Below, in pieces: positions 31,826 to 46,612 of a stretch of DNA of 64,000 bases (positions are counted from its first letter, which is position 1; each line of letters begins with the position of its first letter). The DNA is from Octopus vulgaris (lineage: Eukaryota): contig OX597815.1 in NCBI GenBank assembly GCA_951406725.2, positions 3,720,001 through 3,784,000 of the forward strand, read 5' to 3'. Position numbers and translations under genes: made by a program. The notes below the pieces were generated by a model. It saw nothing but the letters and a program-made list of their open reading frames with translations, had not been told where the DNA came from and searched no databases.

Positions 31826-32196
31826 TGTGTGTGTGTGTGTCAGTGCGTGTGCCTATGTGTGCGAGTGTGCGTATACAAACACATTCTCACACATACACAC
31901 ACACCCACACGCTTGTATGTACGAATATACGTCTACGTGTACCTCAGGGTGTGTGCTTGACATGCTCACACACACACACACACACACACAGGTACATACA
32001 TAAATACATGCACTGCATATATTCATGGATGTATACGACGGGTTTCTTTCAGTTTCCATCTACCAAATCCTTCCGCAAGTTTTTGGTCGTCCCGGGGCCT
32101 CAGTAGAAAGCACTTGCTTAAGGTGACACGCAATGGGACCCATGCTTAGAAGGCACACAAGGAAACGTGTACTAATGTGTGAATGTATACACGTAA

Positions 32197-32873
32197 GCAC
32201 AGGAGTGGCTGTGCGGTAAGTAGCTTACTTACCAACCACATGGTTCCGGGTTCAGTCTCACTGCGTGGTACCATGGGCAAGAGTCTTCTACTATAGCCTG
32301 GGACCGAGCAAAGCCTTGTGAGTTGGCTTGGTAGACAGAAACTGAAAGAAGCCTGTCGTATATATATATATTTCTTTACTACCCACAAGGGGCTAAACAC
32401 AGAGGGGACAAACAAGGACAGACAAAGGGATTAAGTCGACTACATCGACCCCAGTGCGTAACTGGTACTTAATTTATCGACCCCGAAAGGATGAAAGGCA
32501 AAGTCGACCTCAGCGGAATTTGAACTCGGAACGTAACGACAGACGAAATACGGCTACGAATTTCGCCCGGCGTGCTAACGTTTCTACCAGCTCACCGCCT
32601 TATATATATATATATATCACCACCACCACCACCATGACCGACCAGGCTATCAGATGATGCTACACATCGCTGGTCACAATGCACTTTGCATTGTTTTAGC
32701 CTTCAAGTGACGCCACCCCCTGGTACGTTTACGTCCCCGTAACCTAGCGGTTCGGCAGAAAAGACAGGATAAGTACTAAGCTTACAAAGAATATGTCCTG
32801 GGGTCGATTTGCTCGTCGAAAGGCGATGCTCCAGCATGGCCTTACAGTCAAATGACTGTAAGGAGTAAAAGAG
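32197..32873 (+). mobile_element. SINE family A with a nested minus-strand SINE B (32370-32601) and an unrelated piece of about 100 bp
   Basis: The A 5' half (32197-32360) and A 3' half (32722-32873) flank the inserts. Confidence 0.85.
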
Positions 32874-32882
32874 CATATACAA

Positions 32883-33265
<383 letters not shown>

Positions 33266-33477
33266 CGACTATCTCTCGACTATCGCGGGTGTTACGTTTA
33301 AATACCTTCGCGATAGGTGAAAATCCGCGAAGTAGAAACAGTATGTTTGTTCTGTTATTTTATATAATCTTTATATATTTTTTTTATTATGAATGCAAAT
33401 CAACAGCACGGAGAAATCGACGTCAGCTTAAATAATAAACCGCGATAAGTGAATCACGATGTGGCGAAGGATTCCTG
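33266..33477 (+). mobile_element. Tigger/pogo-like MITE
   Basis: TA-flanked degenerate TIRs (CTCGACTATCGCGGGTGTTACGTT ... GGCGAAGGATTCCTG-TA). A homologous copy lies at 62645-63133. Confidence 0.65.
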
Positions 33478-33497
33478 TATATTACTTAATATATTTA

Positions 33498-33885
33498 ATC
33501 TTTTACTTTCTTCACTCATTTCACTGTGGCCATGCTGGAGCACCACCTTTAGTCTAGCGAATCGATCCCAGGGCTTATTCTTTGTAAGCCTAGTACTTAT
33601 TCAATCGGTTGTTTTGCCGAACCGCTAACCTACGGGGACGAAAACACACTAGCATCGGTTTTCAAGCGATGATGGGGGAACGAACACAGACACACAAACA
33701 TACACACACACACACACACATATATGTACATACATATATACGAAGGGCTTCTTTCAGTTTCCCTCTACCAAATCCATTCACAAGACTTTGGTCGGCCCGA
33801 GGCTATAGTAGGCGATACTTGCCAAAGATGCCACGCAGTGGGACTGAACCCGGAACCATGTGGCTGTTAAGCAACCTACTTATCA
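33498..33885 (-). mobile_element. SINE family A
   Basis: Reverse complement of both halves. Confidence 0.88.
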
Positions 33886-33911
33886 CACAGACACATATAT
33901 ATACTTATATA

Positions 33912-33984
<73 letters not shown>

Positions 33985-33998
33985 ATATGTGTATGTGT

Positions 33999-34051
<53 letters not shown>

Positions 34052-34110
34052 TATATACATACACATACGTATATATATACACATATATATATACATACAC
34101 ACACATACAT

Positions 34111-34173
<63 letters not shown>

Positions 34174-34184
34174 TAGATATAGTG

Positions 34185-34367
34185 GCTTGTGGTTGTAGTA
34201 AGACGTTTGCTTCCCAACCACATGGTTCTGGGTTCAGTTCCACCATGTAGCACCTTGGTCAATCGTCTTCTACTATAGCCTCAGGCCGACTAAAGCCTTG
34301 TGAATGGATTTGGTAGACGGAAACTGAAAGAAGCCCATATCATATATGTATGTGTGTATATATATGC

Positions 34368-34425
<58 letters not shown>

Positions 34426-34599
34426 GGAGAATTCACAAAAACAAACAAAAGACGAGGGCAGGTGGTGTAGACAATAAACAGATGTATTAGTTTAACGCTC
34501 AGGAAGTGAAAATGTCTTTAACGTTTCGAACCTACGCTCTTCAACAGAAAGAAACAGAAAGCGAAAATAAAGAATGTGCAGTGGCTAGCGATCTATTTA

Positions 34600-34658
<59 letters not shown>

Positions 34659-34911
34659 GTGTGTGTACACACACACATTTGTGTGTGTGTATCTATATAT
34701 GCGTCTGTGTTTGTCCTCCCCCACATACACTCATCACCGCTTGACAACCGATGTTGGTGTGTTAACGTCCCGGTAACATTGCAGTTCGGCAAAAAAGACC
34801 CTTAGTATAAGTACTTGACCTCAAGAAAATAATAAGTCCTGGGATCGATTTGTTTGACTAAAGGCGGTGCTCCAGCATGGCCGCAGTCAAATGACTGAAA
34901 CAAGTAAAAGA

Positions 34912-34912
<1 letters not shown>
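34185..34912 (+). mobile_element. SINE family A with an HHR mini-element (34422-34595) nested in its (TA)n linker
   Basis: 5' half at 34185-34340 and 3' half at 34700-34912. Confidence 0.85.
34515..34552 (-). ncRNA. Hammerhead-like motif (CUGUUGA variant)
   Basis: Reads UCUUU-CUGUUGA-A-GAG cguagg UUC-GAA-ACGU-U-AAAGA. Confidence 0.5.
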
Positions 34913-34944
<32 letters not shown>

Positions 34945-34982
34945 CGTGTGAACACATTTATATGTGTGTGTGTGTGTGTGTT

Positions 34983-35074
<92 letters not shown>

Positions 35075-35604
35075 GCTTTTGTTATCCATGGAAAAGAGAA
35101 ACGCGTCGCTCTCGTCCAAATGAAAGAACGAAATTGTTTTGCCTTATTCTTACTCTCTCGGTCATTGGGCTACGCCCATTCTGGGGCACATCCTTAAAGT
35201 GTTTCGCCGAACAACCAGACCCAAGTTCTGATTTTAAATTTGGTAATTATTCTATCAGATTCTTGTTACCAAACCGTAATTTTACGGACGACGTACACAA
35301 AACAATTCCGGTTGTCAAACGGTAATGGAAGACAAGCACCAACCCAAAGACACACCCATACAGACACACGCACACACACGCACAGAGACATACGCACACA
35401 CATAGAAACCCCACATACACAATTACACACACGCACATATACGACGGGCTTCTTTTAGTTGCCGCCTAAAGTCTTTGGTCGGGCCGATGATATAATACAA
35501 GACAAATGGCTAAAGTGCTACGCGGTGGAACCGAACCCACAACCATATTGTTGTGAAGGAAACTGCTTACCATGAAGCCACGCCTACACCAGTATTAACA
35601 ACAA

Positions 35605-35942
35605 CGTGGCTGTGTGGTAAGTAGCTTGCTAACCAACCACATGGTTGCGGGTTCAGTCCCACTGCGTGGCATCTTGGGCAAGTCTCTTCTGCTATAGCCC
35701 CGGGCCGACCAATGCCTTGTGAGTGGATTTGATAGACGGAAACTGAAAGAAGCCTGTCGTATATATGTATATATATATAAGTGTGTGTGTATGTGTTTGC
35801 GTGTCTGTGTTTGTCCCCCTAGCATTGCTTGACAACCGATGCTGGTGTGTTTACGTCCCCGTCACTTAGCGGTTCGGCAAAAGAGACCGATGGAATAAGT
35901 ACTGGGCTTACAAAGACTGAAACAAGTAAAAGAGTAAAGAGT
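35605..35942 (+). mobile_element. SINE family A (an older minus-strand copy lies at about 35145-35585)
   Basis: Close to 15434-15856, with a 3' deletion. Confidence 0.9.
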
Positions 35943-35945
35943 AAC

Positions 35946-36025
<80 letters not shown>

Positions 36026-36029
36026 TAAT

Positions 36030-36705
<676 letters not shown>

Positions 36706-36769
36706 AGTAATAATAATCATGATAATAATAATGATAATAATAATGATAATAATGATGATGATGATGATG

Positions 36770-36809
<40 letters not shown>

Positions 36810-36852
36810 TAATAATGATGATGATGATGATGATAATAATAATAATAATAAC

Positions 36853-36932
<80 letters not shown>

Positions 36933-37328
36933 TAATAATAATAATTGTAATCTGAATAATATGCTTAATTTAAAAGCGTTAAGTAAGTTCTCGCCATTGG
37001 GCTGTTGACGATGTGTATTATCCAATAGAAAAAGAGATTACGGAGAGCGCGCACTTGTAGTGATTGTTGAAAGTGTGTGTTGAGCGCGACGATGTGATTG
37101 GTCAGAAGCGATTGGCGTTGATAGTTTTAGTCTCCACCCCTGTTGGTTGGTGGAACGAAGGTTTACCAGGGGAAACCGCAGGAGAGCAGAGGGGCACGCA
37201 CGTCGATCACTCCCTCTTCGCGGCTTTGAGGGGTTGATTTTGGAGACACATGGATGTAGTGAAGAATGCTTGCGTGTACGTAGGGTGTAGTGTATAGTAT
37301 GCGTGTGTGTCTGTGTGTCTGTGTATAC

Positions 37329-37360
<32 letters not shown>

Positions 37361-37629
37361 AAGAAAGAATAAGTTCATCTCAGATGCAGAGAGTGATGAT
37401 GAGAAATGAATGGATGGAGATGAGCGGGAGAAAGGCTTGGATAAAACAGGATTAACAGAAGAAAGAAAATTACATCGAACGAATATGCAGACACACACAC
37501 ATACATGAACTTGTGTGCGTAGACATTTCAATGCATCTCCTTCTCTCTCTCTCTCTCTTTCTCTCTTTATAAACATACATGCATACATATATATATATAT
37601 ATATATGCATACATGCATGTGTGTATATG

Positions 37630-37720
<91 letters not shown>

Positions 37721-37893
37721 AATATACATATATATATATACATAAATATATATATATACATAAATATATATATATATATACACTCATCGGGTGCATCTAA
37801 ATTAAGTACCATATTCATTTGAATCTAAATTTTTGCTGAACTTATATATATACATATATATATATACATATTATATATATATATATACATACA

Positions 37894-37953
<60 letters not shown>

Positions 37954-38008
37954 TATGTGTATATGTATATATATATACATAAAAATATATATACATAAAT
38001 ATACACAC

Positions 38009-38039
<31 letters not shown>

Positions 38040-38112
38040 CATATATATGTGTGTATATGTATATATATATATATATATATCTACATAAAAATATATATAT
38101 ACATAAATATAC

Positions 38113-38151
<39 letters not shown>

Positions 38152-38194
38152 CATACATATATATAAATACATATACATACATATATACATATAT

Positions 38195-38237
<43 letters not shown>

Positions 38238-38477
38238 ACTTGGCGTTAAATCATATAATAACATAAATAATATATAAATAGATATGCATATATACATATA
38301 AATATTACATACATATATTTGTATATACGTCCATATACAGGCACAGGACACCATGCATATATATATATATAAAACACACGCACAGACGCAGGTGAGCACT
38401 TTACTGCAAAAGCAAGGTGAGAAAAATAGTACTCGAATACCAATGGCAGAGTAATATACTTTTAAAGCTGCAAAATT

Positions 38478-38530
38478 ATCACAGAACTGTTACTCAGAGT
38501 TTCACGCTCCAGTTCGTCCGGCATCTGTGA
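38478..38530 (-). ncRNA. Degenerate hammerhead-like motif
   Basis: Reads CACAGAugc-CGGACGA-AC uggagc GU-GAA-ACUC u GAGU-A-acagu UCUGUG. U4 is mutated. A related copy lies at about 42310-42485. Confidence 0.45.
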
Positions 38531-39126
38531 TGAATACATTTGTGATATATCACAGCTGTGGCTGTATGGTAAGAAGGTTGATTCCCAACCACATCGTGCC
38601 GGGTTCAGTCCCACTGCATATCATTTTGTACAAGTAGCTTCTACTATAGCCTCGGGCCGACCAAAGCCTTTCGAGTGGATTTGGTTGACGGAAACTGAGA
38701 GAACCCCGTCGTATATATATATATATATATAAATAGATAAAACTTACTTAGAAATGGATGCATGCGTTCCGTCATATAATAGCAAATTTATAAATAAAAC
38801 ATATGCATATATACATACATATATGCACATACCTACATCCTATATGTATATATACATGCATATATGGGTACAGGACACCAAAAAAAAAAACGTCGAACAC
38901 AATGAGAAACGAAAACATAAACACAAAACCAAGGAAACGGACATTTTTCTTAAACAACGAAAAAATAGAGTACATGACAAATAACACAAGGACAATTCCC
39001 CTTCTTCAGCTGCCTCTGTTTCACCTACTCCACGTCTGTACCCATATATGCATGTATATATATACATATAGATGTAGGTACGTACATATGTATGTATATA
39101 TGCATATGTTTTATTTTTTAATTTGT

Positions 39127-39179
<53 letters not shown>

Positions 39180-39387
39180 TACATACATGTGTGTGTGTGT
39201 GTGTGTGTGTGTATGATGATGCGAACAGGAAAAATAAAACTGAGAATATGAGTATATGTATATTTTTTATTAATATTTAGCAGAAACAACAGAGTGACTC
39301 AAGGTCTGAAAGTTTCGTGCCTTTGATCAATGCCAACGAACGAAACTCTCGGACCTTGCGTCACTCCGTTGCCTCTACTAAATATTA

Positions 39388-39430
<43 letters not shown>

Positions 39431-40019
39431 TCTCTTACTCCTCCTCCTCGCTCCCGTCACTGACACGTGACCAGAGGTCTACTGCCTTTCTGACTACTAC
39501 TTTCAACAAGTGAAGTCGGCTCCCTCTGTCCCTCTCAAGCCGTTTTCAAAGCGTTCAAAATAATTTTTCTTTCGTTCAGAATTAACAGCCCTTAATGTTT
39601 GTGTTACTGTTATTCTCCTTGTCCTGTCTTTTACTGTTTTTATTTGTATTGTCTTTACTGTCCTGTTTTTGTTACCACTTTTACCCCTCCGCAAAAATTC
39701 TCAAATTTTATTTAATTTGCTTTGCGGGAAGGATTGTTTCCGTGAAGTCGTGTGTCGCCTTTACCTTCGAAACACAAAGTAGACAAAACAGAGACGGCTG
39801 AAGAAGGGGAATTTTCTGTGTGTTGTATGTCTTGTACCCTGTTTTTCGTTGTTTAAAAAATGTCCGTTTCTTTGGTTTTGTTTTTATGTTTTCGTTTCTC
39901 ATTGTGTTCGACGTTTTTTTGGTGTCCTGCACCCATATATGCATGTATATATACATAAAGATGTAGGTACGTACATATCTGTATGTATATGTATATATAT
40001 ATATATATTATTTTGTCAT

Positions 40020-40045
<26 letters not shown>

Positions 40046-40050
<5 letters not shown>

Positions 40051-40760
40051 ACAAACTCAGCTACTGGCCCCGATGGATTCCCACCAATCCTTCTAAAAGT
40101 ATGTAAGAGAATCCTAGCAAGACCACTGCAGTTCCTCTTTCAGAGCTTCCTTGCAACTGGCAAACTTCCAAGAAAACTGAAGGAAGGTAAAATATGCCCT
40201 ATTCATAAAGGATGTAGCAGAGCGGAGGCCAAGAACTACAGACCTATCTCTCTGACCTCACACATCAGCAAGGTCATGGAACGAATAGTCAGAAGGAAAC
40301 TAATCACCTTCCTTGAAGAAAATGACTTGCTGCCTGACACCCAACATGGTTTCGGACCAGGAAGAAGCTGCTTAACTCAGCTCCTACAACACTATGACTG
40401 GGTGCTGAAACGACTGCTCAACCACTCAAATGTGGAAGTCATATATCTCGACTTTGCAAAGGCCTTTGATAAAGTCGATCATGGAACTGCGTGATCTTGG
40501 CATAGTTGGAAAATTGGGAGAATGGCTTCATGACTTTCTGAAGGATAGAAGTCAAGTGGTAGTAGCCAATGGGGCCACTTCCATTAACACGCAAATAGTG
40601 AGCGGTGTTCTGCAAGGCACTGTTTTTGGACCACTACTGTTCATAATGGCCCTCTCAGACATGCCCTCAGCCACGCAGAGAGCCACGATCACAAGTTATG
40701 CAGATGATACAAAAGTTTCACAGGCAATACAGAATCCTGAAGACACTAAGCACCTGCAAT
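40046..40760 (+). mobile_element. LINE reverse transcriptase fragment (CR1/L2-like), frameshifted
   Basis: Contains GPDG, NYRPISLTS..KVMERI, QHGF..GRSC, YLDFAKAFDKVDH, SGVLQGTVFGPLLF and YADD motifs. Frameshift at about 40485. Bounded by (TA)n and (ATT)n. Confidence 0.93.
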
Positions 40761-40942
40761 TATTATTATTAATATCATTATTATTATTATTATCATTATT
40801 ATTATTATTATCATCATCATCATCAGCATCATCATCATCATTATTATTATTATCATTATCATTATTATTATCATTATTATTATTATTATCATCATCATCA
40901 TCATTATTATTATTATTATTATCAGTATTATTATTATTATTA

Positions 40943-41019
<77 letters not shown>

Positions 41020-41051
41020 CATCATCATCATTATTATTATTATTATTATTA

Positions 41052-41088
<37 letters not shown>

Positions 41089-41113
41089 TACTATTATTAT
41101 TATTATTATTATT

Positions 41114-41669
41114 GAGTGAGCGAGCAGAGCATGCCATCAAAGTGACACTGGGGTAAAATATACGAAGCCCAGTATACCCATCATGACTACTCGTCTGATA
41201 AGGGTACACCAGGCACATGCATCACAACCATATGTGCGCGACATGGTGATCTCATATCAAGATAAACAGCACATGACCTTGCAGGTGGAGCCCAGTTAGA
41301 ATTTTCTAGAGATCGAGTAACCCATCCCGCTCAAAAGGTCCCTGAATAAGGGTTGTTTAAGGACGTTGAACGAAACACCCATGTTTCCAGAGGTGAATTA
41401 TTCAAACCCCAAAGAATCCTTCTCAACACATGGCTATGATGCTCCCCCACTACTTCTGCTCGTGATCAGAGATGCACATATCGTCAGTCACTAAGGGACA
41501 TGCTCAACTGGTTAAGGTCAAATAACTGACAAGCAAATCTGTGGTATTGAGCAGAATATTTGCTGTAGCCCATCTTTTATACCAAGACAAAACAATGGAC
41601 ATGATAACACTTCCAATCAGTTAAGATCAGAAGCCATGAGAGCCACTGCCTGGTACTGCATCAGGGCAT
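41114..41669 (-). mobile_element. Non-coding retroposon-like element of about 555 bp inserted in (AAT)n/(ATC)n
   Basis: A complex, GC-richer block flanked on both sides by about 350 bp of ATT/ATC repeats. On the minus strand it ends CTCACTC-(AAT)n. Confidence 0.55.
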
Positions 41670-41696
41670 TTATTATTATTACTATTATTATCATCA

Positions 41697-41820
<124 letters not shown>

Positions 41821-41896
41821 TACTATTATTATTATTATTATTATTATTATCATCATCATCATCATTATTATTATTACTATTATTATTATTATTATT

Positions 41897-41928
<32 letters not shown>

Positions 41929-41966
41929 TATTATTAATATTATTATTATTTTTATTATTATTATTA

Positions 41967-42040
<74 letters not shown>

Positions 42041-42835
42041 TGAACATCAATCAAATCCTATGTATCTAATAATAGAAACTTAATGTTCTAAATCCGTCCC
42101 AAAATGTTTCTACGTTCGTTCGGTTTTGGCGTTGAAGTTTTTTAGAAGGATGTTCAAACCGTTTTTATTGCCCAGCCAACATTTGTACGGGTGGGGCCTT
42201 TGCACCGCTCGTACCTCCTGTATAATATGCATTTTTTCTTAACTAGTTTCAGCTCGAGAGCTGTGGCCATACTAGGGCACCGCCGTTATATATATATATA
42301 TATATATATACAGAGTAGGCACGTAAATGTGAAACAAGATGGGAAAAAGTAGTACTCGAATACCGGAGGTAGAGTCATTTGCTTTATCATTAAAACTGCA
42401 AAAACATCACAAAAGCTACAAGAAGCTGCTACTCGGACTTTCATGCTCCCGCTTGTCGTGGTGTTTTTGCAGCTTTAATAATAAAATGTGTGTGTGTGTA
42501 ATTACAAGGGATATATCATAAACAATTAATAATTATTTATGAATATATCAGTGGCCAAACATGTTATCATAAAATACAGAAAAGAAGAGTGTTTATAATT
42601 ATGAACAAGTCACAATAATAACTTGTTCATAATTATAAACACACTTCTACACATGTATATATATATCATGAAGTACATTTGTCACTTAAATGTGGTTAAC
42701 CCTTAAGGGTGGATGCTACTGTAGCTTGTATCCCCAGAAGGACACCTCCTCCAGCTGGCTATTGACACACTTTCTGTGCCCTAACACTATTTGCAAAGGG
42801 AAGCCATCCTTCCCATCTTCAACCTGAATGATACA

Positions 42836-42876
42836 CACGGACTCGAGTTTCTGAGTATTGACCCGTCATCATTATA
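42836..42876 (-). ncRNA. Degenerate hammerhead-like motif
   Basis: Reads AUGAUGA-cGGGU caau ACUCa-GAA-ACUCGAGU-C, with palindromic stem III and a GUC triplet. C3 is mutated. Confidence 0.5.
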
Positions 42877-43319
42877 CCTCGCTCAGAGATTTATTATTGC
42901 TATATATATATATATATATATATACAATTAAGATTCAGTTAAATTCAGTACTTAAATTAAGACACCTTGTTAGGTCTGAGTAATATGGAAACTCAACAAT
43001 ATTTATTAAGTTAATATTAGATTTGGTGCATAAGTGCCGACCATGTGTATGCAGATAATAAGACCCAGCTGAGTGAAGAAATTTGCTCTTAGCTATTGAG
43101 ACATGTACTTTATATTAAAAATACTGTCTATAATATTTACGAAGCGTATATTCCAGGATAAACGAATATAATGCGAGTAAAAAAGAGGTACAAGTGTCAT
43201 TCAATTACGGCCGTTTCCAACGACACTTTTGTCTGATTAATGGGAACGTTACGTCATTGTAAAGAAACCGTTTCCGTCAGATGAATTCATATATATATGT
43301 GTGTGTATGTATGTGTGTG

Positions 43320-43383
<64 letters not shown>

Positions 43384-43446
43384 TCCCGGGTTGAGTCGGG
43401 GTTAACCACAGTCAATAAGGTACTCAATACATAGCAGAGTAAATTA

Positions 43447-43572
43447 ATTTATTTTATAGAACGAGCTTCTACAAGACTAGAACTGTTTCATTCAAAAGAA
43501 ATCATCAGGAAGCTTCCTGATGATTTCTTTTGAATGAAACAGTTCTAGTCCTGTAGAAGCTCCTTCTATAAA

Positions 43573-43578
<6 letters not shown>
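43447..43578. repeat. 132-bp spacerless palindrome (2 mismatches) with CTGATGA..GAAAC in each arm
   Basis: The centre is AAG|CTT at 43512/43513. I checked the arms base by base. Confidence 0.95.
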
Positions 43579-43629
<51 letters not shown>

Positions 43630-43731
43630 CATACATACATACATACACACATACTTACATATACACACGCGTACAAACATATACACATATATATGTGTGT
43701 ATATATATATATGTATGTATATATATATGTG

Positions 43732-43827
<96 letters not shown>

Positions 43828-43829
<2 letters not shown>

Positions 43830-44706
43830 AGGTGCGATGGGCAAATTGCCACTATTTTATATTTTTAATTTCATGCATGCACATTGTTTACTTTTAATTT
43901 TTTCGCCTGCACAGTATAGTAGGGTTAGTTGGGCACCGTCCATGAGAAAAACAGCACCATAATGCAATTCACTGTGCCAGAAATTTGGAAATAACATTCT
44001 GTACTGCTTGGCATTAACCCTGGAAGCTCTAAAACGAACATTTCAGAGTGTTTAGGTGTCAATCTGAGGACAGTGCAATCTGAAGACATGTACCGAGAGT
44101 AATAAAAATGAAACATCCAATGAACATCATGGTGTTTGGAGTGGTCACTAGTGATGGTGATGTTATGCCTCCATTCATCTTTCCACGCGGCCTCACACTC
44201 AACACGGAGGCGTACATCAAGTGCCTGAAAGAGATAGTGCTCTCTTGGGTCAAGAGGGTTGCTGTTGGAAGACCCTATATATTGCAACGGGACTCTTCAC
44301 CATGACATAAACGCAGTCATGGCTGTCAGACAATGACTGTAACCACATCACTCCTAACATTTGGCCACCTAACTCCCCATACTGCAACCCCTTTGATTAT
44401 TATGTGTGGGGCTCAGTTGAGCGAGAGACCAACAGAACTGCTTGTAACACCAAAGATGAACTGAAGGCAAGGGTTATGGCAGCATTGACCAACTTAAACA
44501 AGGTGACCATCCAGAAGAGTTGCAGGAGATTCTGAAGTCGTCTGGAGGCTGTGGTTGAAGCCAATGGCGATTTTATTAAATAAATTTACTCTTTGGTATT
44601 TCAAAATATTTTTATGTAGTTTTACTAAATATTTCTTTTATAATGAGATGCCATTGTTATTTTTCTTTTTGTGTAATTTAGGCGACAATTCATTCACCGC
44701 ACTCTG
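43828..44706 (+). mobile_element. Internally deleted Tc1/mariner (DDxD-type) transposon, pseudogenised transposase
   Basis: TA-flanked degenerate TIRs (CAAGGTGCGATGGGCAAATTG and the reverse complement CAGAGTGCGGTGAATGAATTG). Peptides KHPMNIMVFGVVTSDG..LQRDSSP and WPPNSPYCNPFDYYVWG..RLEAVVEANG. Confidence 0.9.
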
Positions 44707-44872
44707 TATATATATATATATATATATGTGTATATTTATGTATGTATGTATGTATGTATGTATGTATGTATGTATGTATGTATGTATGTATGTATGTATG
44801 TATGTATGTATGCATGTATGTATGTATGTATGCATAGGTATGTATGCATAGGTATGTATGTATGTATGTATG

Positions 44873-44906
<34 letters not shown>

Positions 44907-45582
44907 TGTATGTGTTTATGTATGTATGTATGTATGTATGTATGCATGTATGTGTGTATGTATGTATGTATGTGTGTATGTATGTGCGTATGTTTGCATA
45001 GGTATGTATGTATGTATGTATGTATGTGTGTGTATGTATGTGTGTGTATGTATGTATCTGTGAATGCATGAATGTATGTGTGTATGTGTGTATGTATGTG
45101 TGTATGTATGCGTGCATGAATGTATGTGTAAGTATGTATGTGTGCATGTATGTATGTATGTATTTATGTATGATATATATATATATATATATATATATAC
45201 ACGATGGGCTTTCAGTTTCTGTCCGTCAGATCCACAAACAAGGATTTGGCCAGTCTGGGGCAATAGTAGAATATATTTATTCAAGGTGCCACGCAGTGAC
45301 ATGTGTTTATACCTAAGTATCAGGTGTGTGTGTGTGTTTGTGTGTGTGTGTATGTGTGTATTCGTGTGTGTGTACATGTGTGTGTGTACATGTGTGTGTG
45401 TGTGTCATGTGTGCATGTGTGGGCACATGCACGAAGTTCTGTATGCAGTAAAACAATTAATATCAAACACAATTAATAAGATAACACAACCCTTTGCCAC
45501 TTTATTCAGATGAAGTTTGTCACTTTTACACTAATCTTCTACAAATATTGGACACCCAAACTGAAACAGTTTATTATCTCAA

Positions 45583-45655
<73 letters not shown>

Positions 45656-45984
45656 CTTCCTCCCCCCCTCTCTCTCTCTTTGTCTGTTTCACTATTTATC
45701 TCTCTCTCCCTCCCCCTCTTTCTCTCCCACCTCATTTACGTCTTCAAGATTCCTGCCTTGACTACCATATTAATTAGATCTTATCTGTCTGGCCCTTTTG
45801 TCTCCCTGTCTGACCCCCTTTCTAGCAAAAAATTATATCACTTTGTCTCCTTATCTATCTGTCTATATATCTCTCTCAATATTTATCTATCTATCTATCA
45901 TTCTATCCATTTATCCACCTATTTCTCTATCACTTTGTCTATCTGCTTATCAGTCAGTACATCTCCATCCCAATCTATCCCCCC

Positions 45985-46036
<52 letters not shown>

Positions 46037-46164
46037 TCTCTCTGCATGCCTGTCTCTTCACCTATCTATCGAGCCATCCCTCTGCATCGCTCTCTATCCG
46101 TCTGCCTGGTCATTTATCTAAATAACTGTCAATTTGTTTTTTCTCCCGAGCTATTCACCTATCT

Positions 46165-46481
46165 CAGGGGTCCTCAACTGGGGTCCATATGGCTCCCGAG
46201 GGTCCATATAAGCTTTTGGCGGGCTCACGCAATAAAATAGTCAATTGGGGGTCCACAATAGCATTTCAAGGGCCCCTGAAAAAAACTTACTTTGGATGTA
46301 TGCATTAGTAGATATTACAAGAAACAGCTTGGTTTCTCTCTCTGGTGTTTTATATCATTCAACCTGCACAAGATAATGAGTGAAAAGTAGTTTTAAACAT
46401 TGAATGGTTATAAGGGTCCACCAGAATAAGATAGTAATCAAAGGGGTCCATAGATAAAAGAAAAATGGTTGAGAGCCCCTG
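46165..46481 (+). mobile_element. hAT (Buster/Charlie-like) MITE
   Basis: TIRs CAGGGGTCCTCAAC and (reverse complement) CAGGGGCTCTCAAC. Imperfect 8-bp TSD ACCTATCT/AGGTATCT with central TA. Confidence 0.8.
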
Positions 46482-46548
46482 AGGTATCTATTTACCTATC
46501 CATTCATCCATCTGTCTATCTATCTATCTATCTATCTATCTACCTATA

Positions 46549-46612
<64 letters not shown>

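Noticed and set aside
39760-39815. GAAAC..GTA..CTGAAGA as a type II hammerhead
   Set aside because: The segment between GTA and CTGAAGA cannot form stem I in any of the three copies.
41610-41669. Weak resemblance to U2 snRNA segments (ATCAGTTAAGATC; CCTGGTACTGCA)
   Set aside because: There is no branch-point recognition sequence GTGTAGTA, no Sm site and the spacing is wrong.
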